A DNA stretch of 64,000 bases, taken from the NCBI RefSeq assembly GCF_964204865.1, contig NC_135262.1, forward strand, positions 10,106,001-10,170,000. Direction: 5' to 3'. A program made the position numbers and the translations under genes. The stretch is from Styela clava. Taxonomy: Eukaryota. This document shows positions 12,501 through 23,800 of the stretch, one piece after another. The first letter of the stretch is position 1; every line of letters starts with the position of its first letter. The notes under the pieces are model-generated. The model did not search any database. It saw nothing but the letters and a program-made list of their open reading frames with translations, and had not been told where the DNA came from.

Positions 12501-15500
12501 TGGCTCGTTTTATTCTTGCAGTCACGCATACGATACCACTGGCATAAAGGCATATACATCAAGGCATTACCACCGACATATCTCTAACCGACCATTTTTA
12601 TGCAAATGGGAAAAATACTTTACGTGTATATAACGGATGAAGTGACCGAAAATACATAATTACCTGTCCCACTCGTGTCATGACAAGTTGTATGATAATG
12701 ACTGTTTCGTAAGAGGCGTACACTGTTTGTGTTGCCGAGTATTCATAAGTACATTTTCCATCGGTTGTTGTAGCAGTTGCTGGCCCTAAAGTCGTGACTG
12801 TTCCCGTTTCCGCGGGTGATGTGATAGTGGTTTTCATCTAAGAGTGGAAAAAGGTGAATGGGTGGCACAAATTTGACAAACCTATACATTTGTATAGTAA
12901 TGCGATGCAGTAGTTGTAGATCTAATGTGTATAGTGAAAGATTTTTTCTCTCATGTATTGTGTAAAATTAAAAATGTAATATGACACATGTTACATTAAA
13001 ATTAACCTCAATTTGATGAGATTCGAAAAATCGTTAATACATTAAAATATACAAGTAAAATTCGTTGATATGTTATAAAAAAAAATAATTTTGTAGCCAA
13101 GGATATTTCTCTAAATTACAAATGTGCAACAAGAGAAGCGGCAAATATATCCATTATTGCCATGTTCGGCGGTAATAAATTTTTTGTTCACATTCAGTGT
13201 CAAAACACGGAAAGACTGTTTTGTTTTAAATATGCTCTTGCTCACTTACTCTATGGAATGTTTCATCCCTGAGTCTGTCTACATTAGTAAAATAGACCAA
13301 TTGAATGAAAGGCGTTGCTGTAGACTGGTCGTATTCGAGGTCTCGAAAGCTGTAAAACAAACGAAGATTATGTAAGAATTAAAATCTAGTGTTGTTTTAT
13401 TGTTTATGTTCAATAGACACGGGTTTTCAATATCTCTATCTTTTATATCTGTGAGGTATCGTTTATCATGGATGAGCTGATGGGTTATATTTTTGTACTG
13501 TATTTGGATTAATCTCTTCTGGAGACCAACATAAATTGTGTCCAACTATCGCACGTTAACCGTACGTAGTAAGAAAATGCAATGATTCTACTACAAAATT
13601 GATAAAACCCGAAAAACTTTATTCGAATGAACGGATGAGTACAAATATATCTTAGAGACGTCGCCGCCCTGAAGCGCTGCTCAAGTTGCTGGAGCAATAG
13701 TCATTCTTGGACACAAGGTGCATGTACGGATCTTTTTGATAAATTGTTGTTATTTCGTTTGCTTATCCCGCGACCCATCGATTTTATTGCTGATTTACTT
13801 AAAGTTGTAAAGTGTCGATAGGCACTAAAAAGCTATTACCAAATGCTGTAACATTTGGTGCTAAGCCAAAGTCTTACTGTTATGGTGCGACTGGATTTGT
13901 ATTACTGATTCTTCGAATATTTTGAGTGATCAGGTTACAGATTCCATTGTAGCCGGTTGGGTGCAAATGTCCGTCGGCTTAAGTGCATATATATATGTTC
14001 AATTTCCGCAGGTGCAATCGATATGGGATTGCTGAAATCCGTAGGTGCGAATGTGCGTGGGCGCGAGCTTTCCTAATGAAGTCCAACACAATTGAAGAAA
14101 CTGACGGCACAAAATGTCCAATGATACCGATGAATTTAAAATATTTGCCGCCGTTAACAAAACTGTCCATATTTTTCCTGCAACCATGGTTGGCAGAAAT
14201 ACGAAGTCTATCGTTGTTTTAGCACGGTTACTGACAAACTTGTTTGCGCATTCTTAATCAGAAAAGGTTCTATTAGATTTTGACGACATTAATTGCCAAT
14301 ACAATATGCACATAAAATATGACTGCGTTCTATAATATATACAATTATTTGGCACGTGGAATGTGGGCTCTGCAGTAATCGAGTCTATTCTTTTGAATAG
14401 TGAGTACGATTCGGAGACAAGTTGAAAAAATCGCTACCTATATATAAAACAGGGCTAGGATAGGCAGTTTGATCAGGAATTCGGTTTCCATGTAGATCTG
14501 TCCACATTTTCAGGAAATGAGTCACTACTACTCGGATATGAACATTTCTTGTATGACGGAGTCTACACAAACACCTTACAGTGGCTCCATTGCTTGATTC
14601 AGTCGATATGTTAAAAGAGTGTTTTAAGAAGTAGAAAACGGTTTCGAAAAAAATTTCCTTGTGTGCAACCTATGATCCCCCGACTATAATTGACCGTTAG
14701 CGTGGCTTCATTGTACTCATAAAAACAAATCCATATATGCTCATGATTCATTGTAATTCGTCGCCAACATTTGGTGGCTTTTGACAACAGTCAACCAATA
14801 GCCAGGGATGATTTAAATCATCTTTTTATGGTGTTTCGAAATTTCTATAAAGTTATCCTGCCTGTCGGTGTGACGACGGCACTTGTTAAGCTTGCAACGC
14901 CTGGATTCTAGTAGGAGGGACATATTTAATGTTGATGTAGGAACGCATGATAAACAACTTTAAAAGCGTTACACAAAGATGTCTCTCAATTTTGAGATTC
15001 CTGAATGGATAACTGATAGAATAGTTAAAGCAGTTTGGATTATGAACTTCTCGAAAAGAAAGGCAAAAAACTCGCGTTCAGTGCCATGAAAACATTCATA
15101 AAGGGCAAACAATCGTCTTGGCATAGAAAACAAAGATATGATTCATTTCGATGTAACAACCTTCTGTTGTTTTAGAAGCAAATCCTGAGGACGAACAGCA
15201 AACGGGTTCATGGTACATCCGTAGTTACATCACCGTGCAATGTTCTAGAAGTGGCGCAACATCATCCAAGACGTGGTCGGCGTAAACAAAATTATGTCCA
15301 ATATTATGCATCCAGTTAAGATAGGTGTATTTGTATTCCACCCAGTGTCGCTAATAGTATATCTATAGCATATTGCATGCATATCCATTAAACTCGGAGA
15401 AACGGGAGTTTTCGTGTCTCCCAACAATTTAGAAAAACGATCCGTGCGTCCAACCCTGGTCCAATAAAGTCGAAAATATTAGCGCTGGTGCTGTCTTGCT

Positions 15501-18500
15501 GGTACAAATTGATCACGTGTTGAAGTGGTTAAAATATTCTAGAATTTCAGTATCTATCTTTTGTGCACATGCTGGTAGTATTCGCATTTATCTTATGGCG
15601 CAGGAAAGTTTGAGATGTAGTCATTCTTTAATGTCACAATGATTTGAAACGAAGACCCGTTTAGGTTATAGCAATTCGATATAATATATTGCTCGTGGGT
15701 TGCTTGCTAGTGTTTCCGTTTTGGTGATTTCAGCGGAAATGAAAGCAGCATAATCGTATTTTGGTAACGAGAATAGATATTTCCTAGTTGAGAACACGCC
15801 CGCCATGATTCGCGAATTAAAAAACAAAATGCAATATATGTAATTTCCAATTTTGAATTATTTTATTGAAACATTTTGAAATTTCAATTTTTTATTCATT
15901 TTGTGCCCCAATCCAAACCGCTCTCATGGCATGATCTATGTTTGCCATAACGTAGATACGTCACTGGGATTTTCCTATGTGTATATCAATATTCATTTTC
16001 CGCATTTTCCTGAGAGGATTTTATTTATTTTAAATCCCAAATTGAAATCGTCGGTTGCCTATGTTTTAATTTAAGTGATAATTTTAATATCAAACACTCG
16101 AATGCGTATAATTATAAAATCTACAGTCATCTACCTACTAATACACATACGCTGGTTTAATATCAATATTTTTGGCTGTACAGGGTGTCTCAAAAGTAAG
16201 TATACACTTTTAATTTTGATTTGCATTTCAGGTACTCATCATAGAGCGTTCATTTCTTCAGAAAACATAGTATGGATAAGTAGTAAAATTTAGGTATCGT
16301 TTTCATTTTTGTCAACCCGCAGAATAACGAGGAGATTAACCGGCGAAATGAGGTGCAATATTGCTGTTTGGCAAGAAGCATATAAATTAGTAAAGCAAAC
16401 TCAGCACCTCTATAGATAATTTGGAATTAATTCGGCTCCGATTGTTTTCCTACGCGCGTCCGCTCCACGGTCTTCCTAATATTTATGCATCAACTACAGA
16501 TTCGGTTTCTATAAATTTACGATAAATTGCATGAATTGTTCGCTGTGTAGGAGCCGAATTAATTTCAAATTTTTTGGTAAAGAGTTTACCTTACTGATTT
16601 ATATGATTTTTGCCAACCTGCAATTTTGCACCTCGTTTTTGTGTTAATCTCCTAATCATTATGTGGGTTATTGAAAAATGCAAACAATACCTAAATTTTA
16701 CTACTTATGCATACTATGTATCCTGCCTGAATAAAATATATGCTCCATGATGAGGACCTGGAAAGAAAATCAAAATTAAAAGTGTATACATACTTTTGAG
16801 ACTTAACCTGTATTATTCGAATCGTGTTACCCATCTCATTAGTTTGTTTTTAAATGGACTGGAAATAGCTGTACTTTATTTAACAAATTACATTCCCACA
16901 CTTCATCTTTGCAAAGTCTGTCTCCGCTAAACAGCGTTCAGTTTAGAATCCTTTGTCTCAAGTCCAGCAAAAAGGCCTTACACAAAAACAAACAACAGCC
17001 CGTGGCTCCAACTAAAGGCAATGACTGACCGGAATCAATTTTTTGCAATTAGTTTCTTTTCAAGCGTTAAAGGCATGAGTTAAGTCGCTAGATATATGCT
17101 ATTAAAATTTCACAATGTTACATACCTTATGTCCGCATTGAAATCGTTTTGTATCAACAGGAATCTATCAAATCCAAATTCCTAAACATTTGAACATAGT
17201 ATTTCCAGTTAGTATGTGCGGAACTTCAGGGTTTATATAAATATCTCAGTTTCACTATTTTATACTATCACTTTAACTGATCTTAGTGTAAGCATGTCAT
17301 TTTTCTCTGCAGGTCCGCATTTTTTTATTTCCTAGTACAGGAGTGTGCAACACACTGCGCGCCAAACCATTCTTTGTGGCGTTTGCCAACAGTCGGATTT
17401 TTACCCACCAAGCAAAAAATCCTAATCTGTCAATTTATGTTTGCAAAGCTCACTTGGGTTAAAATATATAACTTTTTTTTGCTTTTGTCGTTGCGTTGGA
17501 TCTTTCGTCGTTTTGCCCGGTGCCTTCAATACTCTAAGGCTAAGCAGTCAGCTTTCTAATCCTATTTTGCTAGTCTAGTGAGAATAATATATTTTCCGTG
17601 TACACTGAACATCTAAATCTTTTGTGTGGCCCAGCTAAATTTCTTAAGTTGGTTATATGGCTTACCGACAAAAATGTTGCACACCCCCGCCTAGTAGTTT
17701 CAAAATATGAAGTATACTATGACATTCGGAGCGCATTTCCACATTATTAACATATATGGCTATTCCTGTTTTTGTTATAATTACTATCTGAAATAAAGTA
17801 CAGCATTAAATTATTCCAGCTCAAAAGATTTTGTACAATTTGCAAGCTTTAAATTTATTTCAAAATACATTGTCATGTATATAGACAAATAGTACCGGCA
17901 AAGGGGACTAGCTCCATCAGTCTAGTTTTTGTGAATCAGGTCTCTGCCTGAATATTGGAACTATATTAAACATGAAAACTGTTTGAAGTTTTGTTTCATG
18001 GCTTTCAGTTTTTCGCTAATTTTAAGAGAACAATTTTTTGTACACTATTTAATAACAGACGTTTTAAAGTTCTTACCGTTGATATGATTGAATTTGCGCT
18101 CGTCATAAACGGACTTCCAGTTCCGGTGTTATATGCAAATGAGTTGGTATTTAAAGCATTTATAGCAGTTCTATCGCCTGCATCAATATTCCCCAGTGCA
18201 TCGTCCGGTATATTTCCTGAAAGTAAAGATAAAAAATTACGAATGCTAACTATCCTTCATTTAAGGGCATTACATGGCTATGTTTATTCACAAATCTCAA
18301 AGAGAATCGAAAATAGTACAATTTTGTGTATAATCAAATTCTGAACAGCTTATGATACTAACCAACGAGATACAAAAGGACTTTCCAGTGAATGCGTAGG
18401 AACAAGGTTTAAGCCGAAACACAGCATTGCAAAAAAAATAGTTAGGCAATGTTTAACATATTATTAACAATTTTAAAAAAGCTACTTTGAAATGATTAAG

Positions 18501-19096
18501 AATAAATTTTAAAAAATACAAACATAAAACGGAAGATTCATATTTATGATATTTTTTGGCACTCCAGAAGTATATGTACCAATATGGAGGTAACTAATTT
18601 TGTTAGCCTATACTTTACATCAATTTCTGTAAATTGACGGAAGCCCATGGGCAGGGGCTATATTCACTTGGCTAACACAAACAGTCCCCGAACTCGTAAT
18701 AGAACAGAAATAAGAAAAATTAGAATAAAATTATGGCCTGATCCTACAACCTGGTACACATACTACGGGAATACCTATTTTTACTATGACTAAATAATGT
18801 AGACTCTTACACCGAAATCCTTGCATAGAATTTGAAATAAGTATTGTGATATAAAACCCAGGGCTGAATGTCGATGGCGAAAAGCGCAGCCTCTAGATTT
18901 ACGAAAGAGATGTGAATAGAATATTAGTTAACATTTTTCATAATTACCTCTTGAATTATTTCTATGCATTTCTTTGTGATTTTCTAATATTGTCAAAACG
19001 TTATGTTTTATATATTTACTTACCGCCACTTTTACACAGGTCAAAGCACAAATACAGCAACACAAGTTTGAGACAGCTGTGAATAACAGTATACAT
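3507..19096 (-). CDS. Uncharacterised secreted protein: signal peptide + two copies of an unknown module + three EGF-like domains (~617 aa; ~647 aa with the alternative last acceptor)
   Basis: Exons with canonical AG/GT and continuous phase: 19096-19024 (MYTVIHSCLKLVLLYLCFDLCKSG, signal-peptide-like), 18216-18077, 17181-17126, 13349-13250, 12837-12664, 11131-11031, 10744-10662, 10340-10242 (EGF CNNG..CRCYPSAFGNTC), 9284-9192 (EGF CYQG..CECAMGYGGVTC), 8962-8811, 8339-8155, 7357-7249, 5868-5701, 5152-5019, 4531-4440, 3991-3905 (EGF CVNG..CSCDEGWVGPAC), 3514-3507 (PC*). No internal stop in the spliced frame. Small extra exons cannot be excluded. Confidence 0.85.
6197..6598 (+). mobile_element. 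HINE-like element, second copy
   Basis: Same 5' sub-terminal inverted repeat, (CTGT/TTGT)n tract and core as 2799-3109. 3' end GATCGGTAAGT...CGGTCTCTGATCG. Confidence 0.75.
11240..12312. mobile_element. Degenerate foldback/MITE with long inverted arms
   Basis: TTTTGTGAAAATGGGGAGGATTTC (~11319) pairs with GAAATCCACCCCATTTTCACAAAA (~12199). CAGCGTAAAAC pairs with GTTTTACGCTG. The right end is GCACAGTG; the left end is eroded. Confidence 0.5.
13480..15170 (+). mobile_element. Fossil hAT transposase, Buster group (ZBED5/ZBED8/SCAND3/FAM200-like), in intron 3 of the EGF gene
   Basis: Collinear frameshifted motifs: EKLYSNERM (~13610), SIGTKKLLPNAV (~13815), STIRRQVEKIA (~14403), QEFGFHVDLSTFSGNESLLLGY (~14473; cf. 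FSLQLDESTLPGNESLLLAY), CATYDPPTIIDR*RGFI...IHC/IRRQHLVA (~14660-14780; cf. CATDGAPAMVGRYRGFI...HCVIHRQHLVA), FEIPEWITD (~14990), AFSAMKTFIKGK/NRL (~15075). Confidence 0.82.
16181..16810. mobile_element. Tc1/mariner-type MITE with long (~260 bp) inverted arms
   Basis: TA|CAGGGTGTCTCAAAAGTAAGTATACACTTTTAATTTTGATTT ... AAATCAAAATTAAAAGTGTATACATACTTTTGAGACTTAACCTG|TA. The arms pair inward to TTAATTCGGCTCC / GGAGCCGAATTAA. TA target-site duplication. Confidence 0.88.
17338..17689. mobile_element. hAT-type MITE
   Basis: Terminal inverted repeats CAGGAGTGTGCAACA / TGTTGCACACCCCCG. Flanked by a CCTAGTA direct repeat (17331-17337, 17690-17696). Confidence 0.75.
18558..18776 (+). mobile_element. Short interspersed MITE-like family (GGCACTCCAGAAGTA...TACTACGGGAATACC)
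   Basis: Imperfect ~24-bp terminal inverted repeats. Further copies at 19557-19764 (inverted), ~21770-21933, ~24872-25035, ~11716-11815 and ~42365-42442. Confidence 0.75.
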
Positions 19097-19099
19097 TTT

Positions 19100-19455
19100 C
19101 TTGTCAATTGCTACAACTGAATTTACCCAAACGTTAGTAGTTTCGAAGGTTTATTAGAAGATTCTAACGTAGGCACAAATAATGTATAAATAACGTAGTC
19201 TTTTAAAATATATTAATAAATATATAAGGATTTCCGGTTATGAGTCATTTTCCACATCCTATTTCAATGAATAAACTGCGGAAATCTGTTCCATTATTTT
19301 CATCAGGTACATTCCCATTATTGGTTTCTTTTTATATCGCAATTAGTCCCTTGTAAGATACAGACCAGAAGTAAGTTACCCAATCCTATAGAATTGGACT
19401 GGAAAACGGATAGGCACAAACATTGTGAATAATGTAGTATGACTCACGTTTCCAC
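19100..19455 (-). promoter_or_regulatory. Putative promoter/5' region of the EGF-module gene with a TATA-like tract and two AP-1 sites
   Basis: Directly upstream of the ATG at 19096. TATATA tract at ~19208-19227. TGAGTCA at ~19240 (minus strand GGAAAATGACTCA) and TGACTCA at ~19440 (minus strand GGAAACGTGAGTCA). Conserved in a paralogous copy at 972-1750. Confidence 0.6.
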
Positions 19456-19556
19456 ATTCTGTTAATTAAACACGTAAACATATAGCTTCTAAGTATTTTA
19501 TAATTCTCAGTATACGCGACCTATATATTATTAATTTAATTTTATGCAACTATTGC

Positions 19557-19764
19557 GGTACTCCCGTAGTATGTGTGCCAGGTTAGGGTTAGGCCCTAAT
19601 TTTATTTTTCCTTATTTTAGTTCTATTACAAGTTCGGAACTGTCTGTGTTAGCCAACTAAATATACCCCCTACTCATAGTTTTCGGCACCTTTACAGAAC
19701 TTGATGTAAATTAGGCAAACAAAATTAGTTACCTCCATATTGGTACACATACTTCTGGAGTGCC
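19557..19764 (-). mobile_element. Inverted copy of the 18558-18776 MITE-like family
   Basis: Reverse complement aligns along the full length. Confidence 0.78.
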
Positions 19765-20099
19765 CATTGAGCTTGTTCATGGGCTAATAACATGGCATTT
19801 GCGAGTGCAGTGTCTTTGTTACCGGATAATTTTATTGTGATATTAATAGTTACTAACTTCATTATATGACAAAATTAAAATACGGATAGACGGTGAGATA
19901 TTGAATGCTATTTTAAACATATACAATTGTTTACACTTTTTGTGAATCTGCAAAGGTCATATAGATTGTCCCACAAATCCCGAAGTTTATTACTCTCATC
20001 AGTTACGTACCTCAATACTGTTAGAAAGCGTTGGTCGTTCAACGTTTAATTCTGTTATTTCTTTTTTTATTGAAAAACTTTTTGAAACTCCTAACCTAT

Positions 20100-20200
20100 G
20101 TGACTTGGTGGCCTAATAGTTAATGCGATAGACGTAGCTATGATGGCATCGCAAGTTACACATTTCGGTTTCAAAGCGTATCGCCCGTGGTAGGTAATAA
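20100..20200 (+). mobile_element. Possible degenerate tRNA-derived SINE head
   Basis: A-box-like TGGCCTAATAGTTAA and B-box-like GGTTTCAAAGC ~60 nt apart. No cloverleaf. Confidence 0.3.
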
Positions 20201-20861
20201 AGAACTTAATTTGAGAAACATTTATGACAATTAAAAAAGAATAAAAATTAGTTTAACCGGGTCAATATTGAGGTCTGTGTCATCAGACCAACTCGAATAA
20301 TTTTTTTAAACACTGAGGCACCGTTGAAAAATTCTACTATGGAATTTTCTGTGATCTAAGCACGTGTTTATTTTGCTCGACGGTTAATCCAGCCCTGGCC
20401 CAGCCGCTCCAGTCACAACTTCTATCATGATCTTCTACTCCGTAACATCTCGATTGTGCTTCTCGCCCTCCCCCTTACTACTTACCTATTTGCAGCTACT
20501 CATCCTTTCTATACACTCCAGAGCCCAGTATTCAAATACTTAACGGAACCTGATTGTACGGCTGATGAAAACATGAAATGCGTGGAGTATCACAAACCAA
20601 ATTTGTTATATACCAATGTGACTCGATAGTTGAGGTGTTTCTCATTGGTATTCCAGTATTTTGCGTCCTAAGTTTGAAAACTCTCAATTGTAAATTAACT
20701 CTTTGTGACTATAGAGATGGCGGAATCGAGTCCGGGTTCAATTACAGAATCGATTCTTCGCGGAATCGACTAGAATCGTTTCTGATGCATTGGAACCGAT
20801 TCTCGAGTGTAAAACTTGGATCGCAAACAATGTGTAACGTTGTGTGGCAATTCCTTCACAT

Positions 20862-23800
20862 ATATGTATAAACTGCTTTCTTTACCGCTATGTTGAGTTG
20901 CTACAACGCCGCAAGCTTCACTATTTATATTTTTTTCGCTAGAAGGCTTTTACGTTTATTTATTTCTAAAATCTTTGTAGGTTCTGAGGGATTCGATTTT
21001 TGTGTGATGTTGTCTCTTGTGACAGATTGGATACAAATACTACTGAGTTTTGGCCTCCTTGTTCGTCAATATATTTGAACATCGCTCTCTTGTTTCATTC
21101 CATATATATGGTATTGCTTATAGGTGGGTATGTTTTCCCGGTAATATATCGTGGAATGATATTCGGAATCGGATGGGAATCGAATACTTGTAAGTAGTCA
21201 TATTTAGCATCCTTATTTGTGACCACGAGTTTAAACTTATTGGGACTTTTCCCCGAGTCTTGTCTCAAGCTCATTGGTCTTTTCTGTAACCGAGTTGGTT
21301 ATCCGTATTCTTGAACTCCGCAAAATCTGAAATTTTAATTGGTGTTCTTACAAGCAATTCATGATATACAAAATGTTCCGCTGACCGAAAATCACTACCT
21401 TAGAGAGCTGTCACAATATTTCACAGTGTATTTGAAAACATTTGCAAATCAGTCGTCTTTTTGGGAAGAAAAATATATATTAAAGATTTACCTGCTATTT
21501 TGATAAATTCATGTTTTTAACTGTTGAATGAAACGTGAATTATTTATCAGAAATTTTAACCCACCTTCACATTCTCGGCTTTCATTAGAAAACGAAAGTA
21601 ATCGTTTTTAAGGAGCTTGAAATTTTGAGAGAGTACGACTGAGCAAAAATTTTCCAGAGCAAATGCATTGCAATGCTCCTTCAAATTTACACAGTTGATC
21701 ATGCTGGCAATTCTTTGCGTTGATACGAATGATTCAGGTCCCAAATCATTGGCAAGAAAGACAGCAATTCCATTTTACATCAAGTTATCTAAAGAGACTG
21801 AAATCTATGGGCAAGGGGATATATTCACTTGGCTAACACTGACAGCCCCCGAGCCTGCAATAGAACAAGAAAAAGGAAAATAAGAATAAAATATAGCCTG
21901 ATCCCAACGTGGTACCCATACTTCGGCACTACCGTCTTGCCTCTGTAGCGCCCAGATATGAAGCTTATTATTGGTTTCGCTGTTCTCGGGTGGAATCAGA
22001 AAATCTTACAAATAATATATATCAGCAAAATGCAGAAATTCATTCTCAATATAAAATCTCGTTTGCAGCTCAATCCGAAAAAAAAATTGGGTACTTCTGA
22101 AGTATGCATGGCAAGATGGCGGACAGCGGAACGTAGTGTGTCGTGGAATCGATATTCGAAATCGGATAAGAATCGAATACTTGTAAGTAGTCATACTTAG
22201 CATCCTTATTTGTGACCACGAATTTAAACTTATTGGGATTTTTCCCCGAGTCTTGTCTCAAGCTCATTGTTCTTTTCTGTAACCGAGATAGTTATTAATC
22301 GGATCCTTGAGCTCCGCAAAATCTAAAATTTCAATTGGTGTTCTTACAAGCAATTCATGATATACAAAATGTTCCGCTGACCGAAAATTACTACCTTACA
22401 GAGCTATCAAGACGTTTTCGAACTTACCAGCAGTAAGAGTGACCAATATATTCACAGAACGATATAAAGACGATAAAATCAAGGAAAAGTTTATGAAAAA
22501 TATTATTCCAATTGCATAGTTCGCTATTTGTCTCGAAATGAAATATTTTACTTGTAACACATTTTGAATTCGAAAAAACGGAAATAGGTTTTTATTTCAA
22601 TGTTTTGTCAATTTTTTATAGTAAAAGAATTTGTATAAAACAATGTATTCACTAAAACGTGATATAAGTGCAACGTACCAAACAGCCCAAATAAAACTTA
22701 AACAATGGGGTATTGGATATCATTCAAACTAGTAAAAACAAAACATAGGACTCACATTCTGGATCATGATAATTTTAGGCCTGATTTTATTCAATTGCAC
22801 AGAATTGCTGAAATTGAACTAAAATACAATTCTAGATTGGCCAATACCAAGTAGCAATCATGAAAATACTGTAAGTATATTATTAAATGGTTTTAAATTA
22901 TATTGATAAATCATACAGGTGTCAGTATTCCTGTAATGTCTTATTTGCACAGCCATTCATTTTCTTGTAAAAATGGAGGTAAATTGCAAAGGTAAGCATG
23001 TTCTGCCTAGAAAATTTTCGCTTAATATTTTTTGACGACGATCGTTGTATTGAAGCATAAGGATTTTGTTACTTTTCAGATATCCAGTTTTCAACATAGT
23101 AAAACTGGAACAATCACGACAATTAGTCATTTTTAGTCTTCTGAAATTTCCCCTTTTCATATAGCAGGTGTGTGGATTCGCTGCTTTTTGCAACTTTTTA
23201 ACGTATACGATATTATCAGTGGGAAAACGCCACCCAATAGAAACATTCCGCTGAGCAAAAACGAATATGTGTAAACTTGATATACATCGTACATATATCC
23301 TCCTATTAAAGGTCCTATGACACTGCCCAGTCCATTTCCAACTTCGAGATATCCAAAAGCAACAGTGAGTAGACCATCCCCAAACTGGTCAGCAACCACG
23401 ACTGGATAAATTGACCAATGTCCAAAAGCTGCTCCAACTAGACCACAGTAAACAGCATTCCATTCAAATGATGTTGCAAGAGGACTTAGGATAGTGAGTA
23501 CACCGGATGCAATTCTCAACGCTATAAATAAAGTTGGAGTATGTACACACTTAAATGCTGCAACGAAACCCCATAGAAAACGCCCCATCAGATTTGACAG
23601 TCCCATGATGGATACTAGAATCGCACCTGAAATGTAAAATAATTAAAAAATTGGTAGAACTATCACTAGACGAAACTATTTGGCATTTTGTAGTGTCAGT
23701 TTAACATATAATCTTACAAGTAAGTCTGTTGAATGCAATAATACGGTCGATAAACCAAAATGAAGAACCAATTAGAAATTTGGAAAATTCATTTTCGATT

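Noticed and set aside
16831-16858. Candidate 28-nt exon (SPFKNKLMRW)
   Set aside because: It would break phase with exon 13349-13250, which joins 17126 directly.
17895-17947. Candidate extra exon with an in-frame TGA (possible selenocysteine)
   Set aside because: Its exit phase does not fit the next exon and no SECIS element was seen. The model is in frame without it.
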